Assembly: GCA_045659785.1 (NCBI GenBank)
Contig: JAZRCM010000002.1
Location: 1,954-65,953, forward strand
Source: Alphaproteobacteria bacterium
GTDB lineage: Bacteria > Pseudomonadota > Alphaproteobacteria > RF32 > CAG-239
Direction of reading: 5' to 3'
Length of the DNA: 64,000 nt
Each line of letters opens with the position of its first letter. The first letter of the stretch is position 1. Below the pieces are notes generated by a model. The model had not been told where the DNA came from and searched no databases. It worked only from the letters and a program-made list of their open reading frames with translations. Shown in pieces: positions 37,542-47,961 of this stretch. The position numbers and the translations under genes are program-made.

Positions 37542-38345
37542 ATGTTTACAATCACAAAAACCATGGAGGATATTCGTATAATATGCGAAATTCTCGTTAA
37601 AAAGACCCCTTTTGTGAGGTCGTGTGAACTACATGGCACTCCAAAACTGGGTTATGAGATGTATCAGGGAGAGATGGTTAATCCATCTTGGGTATGGCCT
37701 GCAAGGGTTGAACTTACAAACGGAGAAGTGCACTTTGGCTGTTTTGTTTTTGATGAAAACACAAGCACTGCATCTTTCGGAAATGAAAACTTTTATCGTT
37801 GGAAAGAAAGAAAAGAGAACTTCTGCTATTTTGACAATGTAAAACAGGTGGCTTTCTATCCGGGAAACAAACCGAAAACGGAAGTCTTTTATGATGACAG
37901 CTGTGTGAGAGAGTTTTCATTATCAAATGATGATGTACTGCACATTTTTGAAGCTTATGTAAATTCACTTTACAATAATGCTGATGTAAAAAGTGTAGTG
38001 TTCAAAATCAAGCATGGCAATCCGTTCTACATTGCGGAAGTAACGATTGATGAAAAGACTGTTTATTACGAAATGCCGGTCGGACTTACTTATCATTCAA
38101 ATCTGCTTAATACGGCAAACCTTATTAAGGAGATTTCGGTAACAGAACTCAGCAATCCGTCGTTGTACCTTAACCCGAAAATCGGAAAGTCGTACTTGTT
38201 ATCGGAAGAAGCAATTCCTCAAAACAAGGCATGGATTGGCTCTCGTTTGATGGCTGTACAGTTTGACGTTGTCAAATTTAACTTTAAGCTCATTCCATTC
38301 AAAAAAGCAGATTTTGATGGTATAGAGCTGTTTGGCAACGTGTAA
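37542..38345 (+). CDS. Hypothetical protein (267 aa) with foreign-looking GC and codon usage, lying between the two paralogues.
   Basis: Visibly higher GC than its flanks. Followed by a bidirectional hairpin terminator at 38363-38395. Confidence 0.5.
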   Translation: MFTITKTMEDIRIICEILVKKTPFVRSCELHGTPKLGYEMYQGEMVNPSWVWPARVELTNGEVHFGCFVFDENTSTASFGNENFYRWKERKENFCYFDNVKQVAFYPGNKPKTEVFYDDSCVREFSLSNDDVLHIFEAYVNSLYNNADVKSVVFKIKHGNPFYIAEVTIDEKTVYYEMPVGLTYHSNLLNTANLIKEISVTELSNPSLYLNPKIGKSYLLSEEAIPQNKAWIGSRLMAVQFDVVKFNFKLIPFKKADFDGIELFGNV

Positions 38346-38390
38346 CATTTCTTCTTTTTGAACAAAAACCTCACTTTTATAAGTGAGGTT

Positions 38391-39956
38391 TTATTCATAT
38401 CCGTTGCGTTTTTTTATAGCCGCAAGATGTTCTATCGGATTTTTCATAAACTCCGTTATATGTTCCTTAGCTTCTGATATATAGCTTTTTTCCGGTTGTA
38501 AAACGACATCTTTACTCGTGTCTATGGTCTCAAAATATAATACTTCCGATACTCTTTCACCATCTTGATCTTTCCATTGACGATATTTAGGCTTCGGCAA
38601 ATTAATTGCGGAAACTTTTTTATTCTTCTTTTCTTTCACAAAAAATCCGTTAGATAAATCATACAAATCGCTAAACGGCATCTTATCGTTAGGATTTAAT
38701 ATTTGGAACAAATTTACATCTTCTTTTTTACCATCAACCTCAATATGAGCAGTATATAGTTTCTCCAACGCTTGTGTATAATAAGCTCCTTTATCCTTAC
38801 TCTTTCTTGGTATTTTTATATCTCCATTATAGGCTTCGCTTGATATTCGGTCTATCATTCCCTCAACAACAGAATAAAAATATTCATTTACAACACCAAA
38901 AGATTTTTCATATTCTTTAGCAATATCCTCTGCTGTTTTTTCCTTTTTAACATACGCTGTTGCCAAACTGGCCATATAATCTTGAGGAGTTTTTTCTGCA
39001 ATAGACATATGTTGAATTACAATAGCATGACGTAACAAATTGCGATATTCATCTATGGTTAAATTACCGTCGTATGCCGGCAAATAAAAACGTTCACTTG
39101 CTTCTTGATTATTTGTGCTTTTTACATGCACATAAGATTGAGCAAGCAAATAATTGAGACGTTTTTTACCGACTTCGGGAACTTCTACATCTTTTTCTAT
39201 GTACTGAGAAAAATCTACTCCGGCAATTTTATAGGTCAATTCCAAACATTTTTGATAGTTTTCATCATGAAACTCTGAATAACTACCTACATGGTCGCTG
39301 TTGTTAAAAGCATTATTTGCATTCTGTCTCGAATATGAGATTTCAACATTATTATGCCACATTTTTATAACACCATTGATAATCAATGACATTTCTTTAT
39401 CAAAATCTTCTCTGTATTCACTTTTCGGATTTATTATGCCTTGCTCTATTGCTTCTTTATAAAAATAAAACCTTGGAGATATTTCTAAAATTTTAGTATC
39501 ACCTGTTTTTAAGTATTTATCACGTATATATATTAATTCAGCAATATTCGCGGAAATTTCATTATGCATATCAAGTTTATAAGCTTGTTCCGGGCTTACG
39601 GGATATTTTCTTATACCTGCTTCTCTGTTATCTCTATGTTTTTGTTCATGAATAAGTGACATAGCCAAAAAATTTTCCGGTAAATCATAGTGGGCACCGG
39701 GTATTTTTTGATAAGACAGAGTAATTGTATTCCTATCTCCGGAATATGCTCCATAATTGACAATATTATCAAGCGTATCAACCTGATAATCTATTTTTCT
39801 GGTAGGTACAACTGTTACAATTTTGTCTGCATTATCATTGTCTTGTTGAGGAGCATCTTTAGCAACGGCAGCAGAGGGAATAATCGTAGATAAAAAGGTT
39901 GCAAAAGTAAGCAACTTTTTACGAAATCCGCCTTTTTGTGTTTTCTTTTCTGCCAT
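38391..39956 (-). CDS. Secreted HExxH-motif protein, paralogue 2.
   Basis: Signal peptide KKLLTFATFLSTIIPSAAVA. LIHEQKHRDN...KYPVSPEQAYKLDMHNEISANIAELIY. Likely start is MAEKK with SD AAGGA; the ORF track begins at 40025. Confidence 0.6.
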   Translation of the reverse strand: MAEKKTQKGGFRKKLLTFATFLSTIIPSAAVAKDAPQQDNDNADKIVTVVPTRKIDYQVDTLDNIVNYGAYSGDRNTITLSYQKIPGAHYDLPENFLAMSLIHEQKHRDNREAGIRKYPVSPEQAYKLDMHNEISANIAELIYIRDKYLKTGDTKILEISPRFYFYKEAIEQGIINPKSEYREDFDKEMSLIINGVIKMWHNNVEISYSRQNANNAFNNSDHVGSYSEFHDENYQKCLELTYKIAGVDFSQYIEKDVEVPEVGKKRLNYLLAQSYVHVKSTNNQEASERFYLPAYDGNLTIDEYRNLLRHAIVIQHMSIAEKTPQDYMASLATAYVKKEKTAEDIAKEYEKSFGVVNEYFYSVVEGMIDRISSEAYNGDIKIPRKSKDKGAYYTQALEKLYTAHIEVDGKKEDVNLFQILNPNDKMPFSDLYDLSNGFFVKEKKNKKVSAINLPKPKYRQWKDQDGERVSEVLYFETIDTSKDVVLQPEKSYISEAKEHITEFMKNPIEHLAAIKKRNGYE

Positions 39957-40060
39957 ATTTTTATCCTTTAACGGGATACATTGTAATATATTTTCAGCTA
40001 TTTGTAAATAAACAAAAAGCGACAATAGTCTGCCGCTTTTATTGATTAAAATATGTAAAA

Positions 40061-40501
40061 TTATACAATCATTGCTGTAAATTCTGCTTCAGAAACAAGC
40101 TTATCATCAACATAAGCCTTTCCTCTGAAAACGAAAATGTTACGGCGAGACTGAATTTTTTCTACATACATTTTCATTTGATCGCCAGGTTTTACAGGTT
40201 TACGGAATTTAACACCATCGATAGACATAAACAATACATTCGGTGTCTTATCTCCTTCCGAAGCTGCTGAAACAATAGCGCCTGCAGTTTGAGCCATAGC
40301 CTCAATTTGTAAAACTCCCGGCATTACAGGATTATTCGGGAAGTGACCTTGATAAAATTCTTCGTTCATTGTAAGATTTTTCAATCCCATACCTTTTTCA
40401 CCCGGAACTTCTACTTCTAATCTGTCAACCAACAAAAACGGATAACGATGCGGTAAAAGTTTCATGATATCTTCGATATAGTAGATTTTATTTTCTGACA
40501 T
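40061..40501 (-). CDS. fabZ: 3-hydroxyacyl-ACP dehydratase FabZ.
   Basis: LLPHRYPFLLVDRLEVEV...FYQGHFPNNPVMPGVLQIEAMAQTAG. Confidence 0.93.
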   Translation of the reverse strand: MSENKIYYIEDIMKLLPHRYPFLLVDRLEVEVPGEKGMGLKNLTMNEEFYQGHFPNNPVMPGVLQIEAMAQTAGAIVSAASEGDKTPNVLFMSIDGVKFRKPVKPGDQMKMYVEKIQSRRNIFVFRGKAYVDDKLVSEAEFTAMIV

Positions 40502-40524
40502 TTTTTATTTTCCTTATTTAGTTA

Positions 40525-41538
40525 TTATTTTTTTGAATTTTTTTGCAAGAATGATACTTGACGCATATAATCCTTAAACGGAACACTTGGTGTACCCATA
40601 ACCACGTTGCCAGGCTCAATATCACGCATAACACCTGACTGAGCAGCCACCTGAACTCCGCTACCGATATTAAGGTGATCGGCAAAACCTGTTTGTCCTC
40701 CGCATACAACATAATCGCCGAAATTGCAACTGCCGGCAATTCCGGTTTGAGCAACAACAATACAACCTCGTCCCATTTTGTCGTTATGTGCTATTTGAAC
40801 CAAATTGTCAACACGACAACCATCGCCGATAACTGTATCTCCTAATGCACCTCTGTCTATACAAGAGCAAGAACCGACTTCAATGTCATTACCCATAATA
40901 ACACGACCGAGTTGCGGTATGCGTTTATGAACTCCGTTGATTGTTTCAAAACCGAAACCGTCTTGTCCGATACGAGCACCGTTATAAATATAACAATTAT
41001 TTCCCATAACCGTATAGGCTATTGAACAGTGTGCGCCTAAACGGCAATTATCACCTATTACACAGCCATCAGAAATGACAGCAAACGGTTCTATAATTGT
41101 ATCGTTACCGATAACAGCATTAGCACCTATAACCACATAATCAGCGATAGATACCCCCTCTCCTATTTTAGCTGACGGATGAATTTTTGCCGTATCGGCA
41201 ATTCCGCTTTGAGGTCTTCTCTCCGCATACATAGCTTCTTTTAATTTAAGAGCAGCAACTTTAGGAGAATTAGTTGTTAAAATAACAACACCCTCTGCAA
41301 CAAAACTTGCTAATTCAGGAGTTGTAACACAAGCTGTTGCCTTAATTTCAGCGCCGGCAGCTTTTTTCTTTCTATCATAGAAGAAACATACTTCTCCATC
41401 TTGAGCATCGAACATTGTGTTAATGTCATTAATAACAACGTCATCTTTTCCGGCAGTTATAACCTCTGCTTCGCATATCTCGGCAATTTGAGATATTGTT
41501 AAACTGCCTTTATATTCAAAAAATCTGGTATCTATCAT
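40525..41538 (-). CDS. lpxD: UDP-3-O-acylglucosamine N-acyltransferase LpxD.
   Basis: N-terminal LpxD domain plus extended hexapeptide repeats. Sits at the conserved position between fabZ and bamA. Confidence 0.88.
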   Translation of the reverse strand: MIDTRFFEYKGSLTISQIAEICEAEVITAGKDDVVINDINTMFDAQDGEVCFFYDRKKKAAGAEIKATACVTTPELASFVAEGVVILTTNSPKVAALKLKEAMYAERRPQSGIADTAKIHPSAKIGEGVSIADYVVIGANAVIGNDTIIEPFAVISDGCVIGDNCRLGAHCSIAYTVMGNNCYIYNGARIGQDGFGFETINGVHKRIPQLGRVIMGNDIEVGSCSCIDRGALGDTVIGDGCRVDNLVQIAHNDKMGRGCIVVAQTGIAGSCNFGDYVVCGGQTGFADHLNIGSGVQVAAQSGVMRDIEPGNVVMGTPSVPFKDYMRQVSFLQKNSKK

Positions 41539-41553
41539 TGTTTTCTCCTTAAA

Positions 41554-43809
41554 TTAGAGACTTGTTCCAAAGTTTAATCTGAATACTTCTGTTTCATCGT
41601 AATCTTCTTTAACTACCGGAAAACCGAAGTCAATATCGATTTTACCCATAGGAGACATCCAAGTGAAACCGAAACCTACGGACACACGAGGACTTGATGA
41701 ATATTCTACAATTTCATAGCTTACGTCATCAGGTTTACCTAATGTACCGATGTCCACGAAAGTACGCCCTTTAATTCCGACTTCATCTAAACCTATCGGG
41801 AATGTCAATTCGGTACCGCCATATACCATCCAGTTGCCGCCTAGAGCATCTTTGGTATATTTATCACGAGCACCTATACCGGAACTGTCAAAACCGCGCA
41901 TTGTTGAACCGCCGAGGAAATATCTTTGGCTCAAACGAACATTTTCATTACCATATCCGGCTACATAGCCTCCGGTTACAAACATTTTCAAAGTATAATC
42001 CTCAAAAAATGTATAGTAGAGATATGATTTTGCATCAAAACGCAGATATTTGTCATCTCCGCCAAGTCCTCCGACATCATTTGAGAATGATAAATAATAT
42101 CCTTCTGTCGGAGAAATAGCATTATCACGACGGTCGTATGCCAATGTTTGACCGATACTTGAATCCATATATTTACCTTCTTGGTTTTGAATATAAATAG
42201 ACGAATGTTTGCTGACATTTTCTATTTCTTCCTGTTGTAAAGTATAACGCAACGATTGAGACAGATTATCTGTATATCTCCATCCAAAGCGTAATCTACC
42301 ACCAGTTACTCCCTGATCATATGATGATTCATCTTGATAATCTGTCTCTGTACGATAAACATCAACACCTGCACTCAAAGGCAATCCGATAAAATACGGC
42401 TCGGTAAAACTGATGTTATAGTCTTGTTCTCTTTGCGATACACCTACATCAACACCAAGTCTTTGACCTTTACCACGGAAGTTGTTTTCGGTCACACCGG
42501 CTCTGATTAAAGCTCCGTTAACAGTAGAATATCCGATACCTACATTGAAGAAACCGGTAGATTTTTCGGTAACATCAACATTAATATCCGCTTTATTTCT
42601 GTCATCTGTCGGAGATGTTTGAATATTAACATTACTAAAGTAATTTAAGTTTTCAATATTACGGCGAGATGCTCTGATTTTTGCGGCATTAAAAGCATCA
42701 CCTTCATTTAAGCGAAATTCTCTTCTGATAACTTCATCATAAGTTCTGCTGTTACCCGTAATATTAATTTGATTGATAAAAATACGAGCACCTTCACGAA
42801 TACGGAATGTAATTTCCATTGTACCGTCTTGCATATTTTTGTTTAATTCCGGTTCAACTTCTACAAAGGCAAATCCTTTTTTACCAATTTCTTCGGTTAA
42901 TGTATAAACACTTTTTTCAACCTTATCGGCATTATACCAATCACCCTCTTCTATTTCGAGTTCTTCTTTAAGGCCATCAACATCAATATCACCAATGCTT
43001 GATTTTATATTTATCTTATTAACTTTGTATCGTTTTCCTTCTTCCAATACCATTGTTATCAAAAATGATTCGCTTGAAGGGCTCAATTCCGCAACGGCAG
43101 AAATTACACGAAAATCAGCATATCCGTTTTTGAGATAGAAACGACGTAACAACTCTTTATCATAGTTTGTTTTTTCCGGGTCATAGTTTTCAGATGTTGA
43201 AAAAATACGCCACCAACGAGTTTCCTTACTCAAGATTTCGCCTTGCAAATCACTGTCGGAATAGTGTTCGTTACCGACAAAGTTTATTTTTGTAATTTTA
43301 GCCAAAGGACCTTCATCAATTTCATAGATTAAATCAACACGATTTTGGTCTCTTTCAATAACTTTCGGTTCTACCACTGCGGCATATCGTCCGACTCTCT
43401 TGTAAATATTCAAAATACGTTGGGTATCTTCTTGAACTTTGGCAACACTATATATAGAACGAGGAGCTAATTGAACTTCGCTTTCCAACATCTTATCATC
43501 AATTTTATCGTTGCCGTCAAAAAAACGTTTATTTACAATCGGATTTTCGGAAACATTAATATTCAATGTGCTTCCGTTAATATCAAATTTAACATCAGAA
43601 AACAAGCCGGTTGTATAAAGTTTCTTAAAAGCATCGTTTAACTGTTCCTGTGAAACATCACTTCCGGGAGCAATATTAACATAAGATAAGACAGTTTCAC
43701 GTTCAACACGCTGTAATCCGCTAACATTAATATTGTTAACAGGCGTAGCTAAAACATCATTTGCTCCCATAAGAGCAGGAATTAATGCTACCAAATATTT
43801 CTTTTTCAT
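41554..43809 (-). CDS. bamA: Outer membrane protein assembly factor BamA (Omp85).
   Basis: 751 aa. Signal peptide, POTRA repeats, C-terminal beta-barrel ending ...FRLNFGTSL. Lies upstream of rseP. Confidence 0.9.
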   Translation of the reverse strand: MKKKYLVALIPALMGANDVLATPVNNINVSGLQRVERETVLSYVNIAPGSDVSQEQLNDAFKKLYTTGLFSDVKFDINGSTLNINVSENPIVNKRFFDGNDKIDDKMLESEVQLAPRSIYSVAKVQEDTQRILNIYKRVGRYAAVVEPKVIERDQNRVDLIYEIDEGPLAKITKINFVGNEHYSDSDLQGEILSKETRWWRIFSTSENYDPEKTNYDKELLRRFYLKNGYADFRVISAVAELSPSSESFLITMVLEEGKRYKVNKINIKSSIGDIDVDGLKEELEIEEGDWYNADKVEKSVYTLTEEIGKKGFAFVEVEPELNKNMQDGTMEITFRIREGARIFINQINITGNSRTYDEVIRREFRLNEGDAFNAAKIRASRRNIENLNYFSNVNIQTSPTDDRNKADINVDVTEKSTGFFNVGIGYSTVNGALIRAGVTENNFRGKGQRLGVDVGVSQREQDYNISFTEPYFIGLPLSAGVDVYRTETDYQDESSYDQGVTGGRLRFGWRYTDNLSQSLRYTLQQEEIENVSKHSSIYIQNQEGKYMDSSIGQTLAYDRRDNAISPTEGYYLSFSNDVGGLGGDDKYLRFDAKSYLYYTFFEDYTLKMFVTGGYVAGYGNENVRLSQRYFLGGSTMRGFDSSGIGARDKYTKDALGGNWMVYGGTELTFPIGLDEVGIKGRTFVDIGTLGKPDDVSYEIVEYSSSPRVSVGFGFTWMSPMGKIDIDFGFPVVKEDYDETEVFRLNFGTSL

Positions 43810-43832
43810 TATTGATATCCTCTAATTCAATT

Positions 43833-44966
43833 TTATACAAACCAACGCTTAAATAAATGAACAATGTCATTCCAAGTGGCAAAAATCATTAATGCGATTA
43901 ACAAAGCAAAACCGCATTTAAATAAAAATTCTTTCACTTTCGGATTGATTTCTCTGCGAGTAACTATTTCAACCAAGAAAATAACCACATGACCGCCATC
44001 TAAAACGGGTATCGGGAATAAATTAATCAATCCCAAATTGATAGACAACAATGCCATAAATGCAATAAAATCAACTAATCCGTTTTTCTTTGATATATCT
44101 CCGGACATTTCGGCAATGCGCAAAATTCCGCCTAAATCTTCGGTACCTCTGTCGCCGACAATCATTTGTTTTACACCACGCAAAGTACCCACGGTAATAC
44201 GCCATGTTTCGCTTGTTGCCTCAACAAATGCTTGAGGAACAGACAACTTTTCATTGTCCAATTCTATTGAACTTTGTGATTTAATCCCCAACATAGGTCT
44301 TTTGGTCGTAGTTCCGTTTTCTTCGACTTCCAATGGTTTAAGATTTACCGAAAATTCCAGAGTTTCTTCGTTTCTAATGAGTTTTACGTTTGCTTTCCCG
44401 TCAGTTATCAGAGCAATTTCGGTACTTATATCGCTAAATGTTTTGATTTTCTTGCCATTGATTTCGGTTATTCTGTCCCCGGTTTGAATCCCTGCTTCAT
44501 AGGCAGCACCTTCGGGAATAACATCTCCTACAACCGGAGGAAAAGTAAATTTGCCCAAAGTGATAAACATTATGGCAAAAACCAATATTGCAAAAAGATA
44601 GTTAAATCCAGGACCGCCTAAAACTATTGCCAACTTTTTCCATGGATTTTGAAAAGCAAAAGCTTCTTTCTTTTCTTCGTCGGTTAAAGAAGAAATAATT
44701 TCATCATCTTCTCCTGCCGACGCTCCGTTAGAATCTCCTAAAAATTGACAATATCCTCCTAACGGAATCGCACATATTTTCCAATTTGTACCGTGTTTAT
44801 CGGTAAAACCGCATAACTGCTTACCGAAACCGATAGCAAAATCCGTTACTTTAACACCACAAAGACGGGCAATAATAAAATGCCCGAATTCGTGAACAAA
44901 TACCAACACTCCCAGTAATACGATAAACGGTACTACATAGTAGAAAGCATTTACTATACCACTCAT
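43833..44966 (-). CDS. rseP: RIP zinc metalloprotease RseP (site-2 protease).
   Basis: HEFGHFIIARLCGV, a PDZ domain, and a C-terminal LDGG motif. Confidence 0.9.
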   Translation of the reverse strand: MSGIVNAFYYVVPFIVLLGVLVFVHEFGHFIIARLCGVKVTDFAIGFGKQLCGFTDKHGTNWKICAIPLGGYCQFLGDSNGASAGEDDEIISSLTDEEKKEAFAFQNPWKKLAIVLGGPGFNYLFAILVFAIMFITLGKFTFPPVVGDVIPEGAAYEAGIQTGDRITEINGKKIKTFSDISTEIALITDGKANVKLIRNEETLEFSVNLKPLEVEENGTTTKRPMLGIKSQSSIELDNEKLSVPQAFVEATSETWRITVGTLRGVKQMIVGDRGTEDLGGILRIAEMSGDISKKNGLVDFIAFMALLSINLGLINLFPIPVLDGGHVVIFLVEIVTRREINPKVKEFLFKCGFALLIALMIFATWNDIVHLFKRWFV

Positions 44967-44980
44967 AAAAAACTAACCTC

Positions 44981-45760
44981 TTACATCATATATTTATAAT
45001 AAAGAACTATACCCAAAAGCAATATCGGAGCTGTAAAGATAAGACCATCAACCCTATCAAATACCCCACCGTGTCCGGGGATAAGGCTACTTGAATCTTT
45101 GACACCTACTTTGCGTTTGATTGCAGACTCAATTAAATCACCGATTTGTTCTACAACAGCCAAAACAGCGGCAACTGCGGCATAATAAATATATCCTTGC
45201 CAATTTACCAAGTATGCAAATATTGCACCGGTAGCTCCGGCAAATAACATTCCGCCGACTAAACCGGACCAAGTCTTATTCGGGCTGATTTTAGGAGCAA
45301 GTTTCGGACCTTTAAGATTGCAACCTACGGCATATCCGCCAATGTCAACACTCCAAACAACCAAAAGTAACCATAAAACGGGCAATGGAGATAATGCAAT
45401 CATAAACCACATCAAAGAGCCGACACCGATTGAGATATATGGAACACCAAGAGTTAATATCCATCTGTGTTTCTCTTCTTTTGCCTTAACAAAAACAACA
45501 ACGGTAGCTAATGCCATCATCAAAAAAATACCAAACCAAGATTGGAGCATAACTGCCGTAGCCATTGATAAAGTGTAAATTGTTGAGTAAACCGTTTTTT
45601 TGTTTTGAGCAACCATATCACTCCATTCCCAAGATAAGAGTGCACCGATGGTTAAAACCAAAAAATTAAAATAAGGAAACTCTAAAAAAATACTACCAAT
45701 AACTAACGGCCCTAAAATAAGAGCTGTTATTGTTCTTTTCAAAAGGTTACTTTTTGCCAT
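44981..45760 (-). CDS. cdsA: Phosphatidate cytidylyltransferase CdsA.
   Basis: C-terminal SLIPGHGGVFDRVDGLIF signature. Start taken at MAKSNLLKRT; the ORF track extends to 45835. Confidence 0.85.
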   Translation of the reverse strand: MAKSNLLKRTITALILGPLVIGSIFLEFPYFNFLVLTIGALLSWEWSDMVAQNKKTVYSTIYTLSMATAVMLQSWFGIFLMMALATVVVFVKAKEEKHRWILTLGVPYISIGVGSLMWFMIALSPLPVLWLLLVVWSVDIGGYAVGCNLKGPKLAPKISPNKTWSGLVGGMLFAGATGAIFAYLVNWQGYIYYAAVAAVLAVVEQIGDLIESAIKRKVGVKDSSSLIPGHGGVFDRVDGLIFTAPILLLGIVLYYKYMM

Positions 45761-46448
45761 ATCTTCTCTCCCGAGTATTATAATTTTGAATAATATCTTC
45801 CAATTCTTTACGTCCGAAGTCGGGCCATAAAACATCGGTAAAATAAAGTTCGGAATAAGCTAATTGCCACAACAGATAATTGCTTATTCTTTGTTCTCCG
45901 CTGGTTCTGACTAACATATCAGGATCAGGAATATCTTTTGTATAAAGCAATGCCGAAAACAATCTTTCATCAATATCGCTAACGTCAATACTTCCGTTCT
46001 TAACCAAAACAGCCACGCGATGAGCTGCCTTTATGATTTCTTGACGAGAGCCATAGCTGATTGCTAAGCACAAAGTAAAATCTTTATTATTTGCCGTTTG
46101 TTCTTCAATTTCGGACATTTTTACCGCAATATCACTATCCAACATATTGCGTTCGCCGATAAAAACAATGCGTGTGTTGTTCTTTTGAATTTCTTGCAAA
46201 TCGTTTTTCAAATACTCACGTAAAAGCCCCATAAGAGACTCTACCTCTTCAGGGCTGCGTTGCCAGTTTTCGGTTGAAAAAGCATATAATGTTAAATACT
46301 TTATGCCTAAGTCTTTAGCATCTCGACAAACTTGTTCGAGTTGCTTTGCACCTTGACGATGTCCGGCAACCGCTGGTAAGCCTCTTTTCTTTGCCCAACG
46401 ACGGTTGCCATCCATAATTATCGCTAAGTGATTGAGTTGATTATTCAC
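45747..46448 (-). CDS. uppS: Undecaprenyl diphosphate synthase.
   Basis: HLAIIMDGNRRWA, TLYAFSTENWQR and SGEQRISN motifs. Confidence 0.92.
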   Translation of the reverse strand: MNNQLNHLAIIMDGNRRWAKKRGLPAVAGHRQGAKQLEQVCRDAKDLGIKYLTLYAFSTENWQRSPEEVESLMGLLREYLKNDLQEIQKNNTRIVFIGERNMLDSDIAVKMSEIEEQTANNKDFTLCLAISYGSRQEIIKAAHRVAVLVKNGSIDVSDIDERLFSALLYTKDIPDPDMLVRTSGEQRISNYLLWQLAYSELYFTDVLWPDFGRKELEDIIQNYNTRERRYGKK

Positions 46449-46462
46449 GACGAACCTCTGCC

Positions 46463-47026
46463 TTACACTTGCATAATATCTTTTTCTTTTTGAGCTAAAA
46501 CTTCATCAATTTTCTTGATGCTTTCATCAGTAAATTTTTGAATTTCATTTTCATAACGTTTTTCTTCGTCTTCTGAAATTTCATTATCTTTTTTAAGCTT
46601 TTTGATTCCGTCTAAAGCATCACGACGAATATTGCGAACAGCCACTTTACTTTGCTCGGTATATTTACCGGCAACTTTTACCAATTCTTTTCTGCGTTCT
46701 TCACTCAAAGGAGGAATAGGAATACGAATTAATTGTCCGTCAGATACGGGGTTAAGACCTAAATCAGACTCCTGAATAGCTTTTTCTACAGCCTTAGCCA
46801 TACCTCTATCCCAAACACTTACAGACAAGCAACGGGCATCAGGAACACTGATTGTTCCGACTTGAGAAATTGGTGTCATAGAACCATAAGCATCAACCAT
46901 AATTCCGTCAAGCAAACTTGCATGCGCACGACCGGCACGCAACCCGCCCAAATCACTTTTAAGAGCTTCAATAGTTTTCTCCATTCTGCTCTTGGTATTT
47001 TCTTTAATTTCTGAATAGTCAGCCAT
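46463..47026 (-). CDS. frr: Ribosome recycling factor.
   Basis: 187 aa, typical RRF sequence (...RIPIPPLSEERRKELVK...). Confidence 0.93.
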   Translation of the reverse strand: MADYSEIKENTKSRMEKTIEALKSDLGGLRAGRAHASLLDGIMVDAYGSMTPISQVGTISVPDARCLSVSVWDRGMAKAVEKAIQESDLGLNPVSDGQLIRIPIPPLSEERRKELVKVAGKYTEQSKVAVRNIRRDALDGIKKLKKDNEISEDEEKRYENEIQKFTDESIKKIDEVLAQKEKDIMQV

Positions 47027-47040
47027 TTGTAACCTCTTTA

Positions 47041-47760
47041 TTAATTAATGATTGTAAAATCGCCTTCGCCCGAAATAGCCTTTAACAAAGCTTTTTCTCC
47101 TTTTTGAGCAAAAACAACTATTGGAATATTGTTATCTTTAGCTAAAGCAACTGCTGTTAAATCCATAACTTTCAAGCTTTTTTGAATAACGTCATCATAA
47201 GTTATGTGTTCATAACGCACTGCATTTGCATTCTTTTTAGGATCGTCGGAATACACACCGTCAACCTGTGTTGATTTGAGCAAAACGTCGCATCCCATTT
47301 CAGATGCTCGAAGCGCCGCACCGGTATCGGTTGTAAAATAAGGATTTCCGGTTCCTCCGGCAAAGATAATCACTCTGTTTTTTTCTAAGTGTCTTAAAGC
47401 TCTGCGATATATATAGTTTTCACAAACAGAAGGTATATTGATACCGGAAAGCACTCTTGTTGCAGTTCCCATTTTTTCGAGAGCATTTTGCAGATACAAA
47501 GCATTCATAACCGTTGCCAACATTCCGACTTGGTCTGCGACCGAACGATTGAGCCCTTTAGATGCTTCTTTTGCTCCTCTGAAAATATTACCTCCGCCAA
47601 CCACGATACAAACTTCAACGCCTTTATCGTGTACTTCCTTAATTTGTTCCGCTAATGAGTTTATAACCTGTTCATCCATCCCGAAAGCTCGGTCTCCCAT
47701 AAGTCCTTCGCCGGATAATTTAAGTAATATGCGTTTATATTTCGGTGTCATATCAAGCAT
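47041..47760 (-). CDS. pyrH: UMP kinase.
   Basis: [20 protein letters not shown] and [14 protein letters not shown]. Confidence 0.93.
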   Translation of the reverse strand: MLDMTPKYKRILLKLSGEGLMGDRAFGMDEQVINSLAEQIKEVHDKGVEVCIVVGGGNIFRGAKEASKGLNRSVADQVGMLATVMNALYLQNALEKMGTATRVLSGINIPSVCENYIYRRALRHLEKNRVIIFAGGTGNPYFTTDTGAALRASEMGCDVLLKSTQVDGVYSDDPKKNANAVRYEHITYDDVIQKSLKVMDLTAVALAKDNNIPIVVFAQKGEKALLKAISGEGDFTIIN

Positions 47761-47961
47761 TCTCTATTGTTAAATTCCAGTTTATATTAATCAATTAAAT
47801 TTCTTTGTCGACTATATTTATATTTTTATTCAATGAAAACTTTAATTTTATGCTTTAAGCCATGCTTTTTTGTCGTTGTGTGGGAAAACTAAAAAAAAAT
47901 ATTTAAAATAAAATGCTTTTGTTTTACATCTAGAAGTAAATTTAAAAGAAAGGATAAAACA

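Noticed and set aside
40518-40760. 80 aa ORF overlapping the 3' end of lpxD in another frame.
   Set aside because: Overlaps a conserved CDS, and there is no independent RBS.
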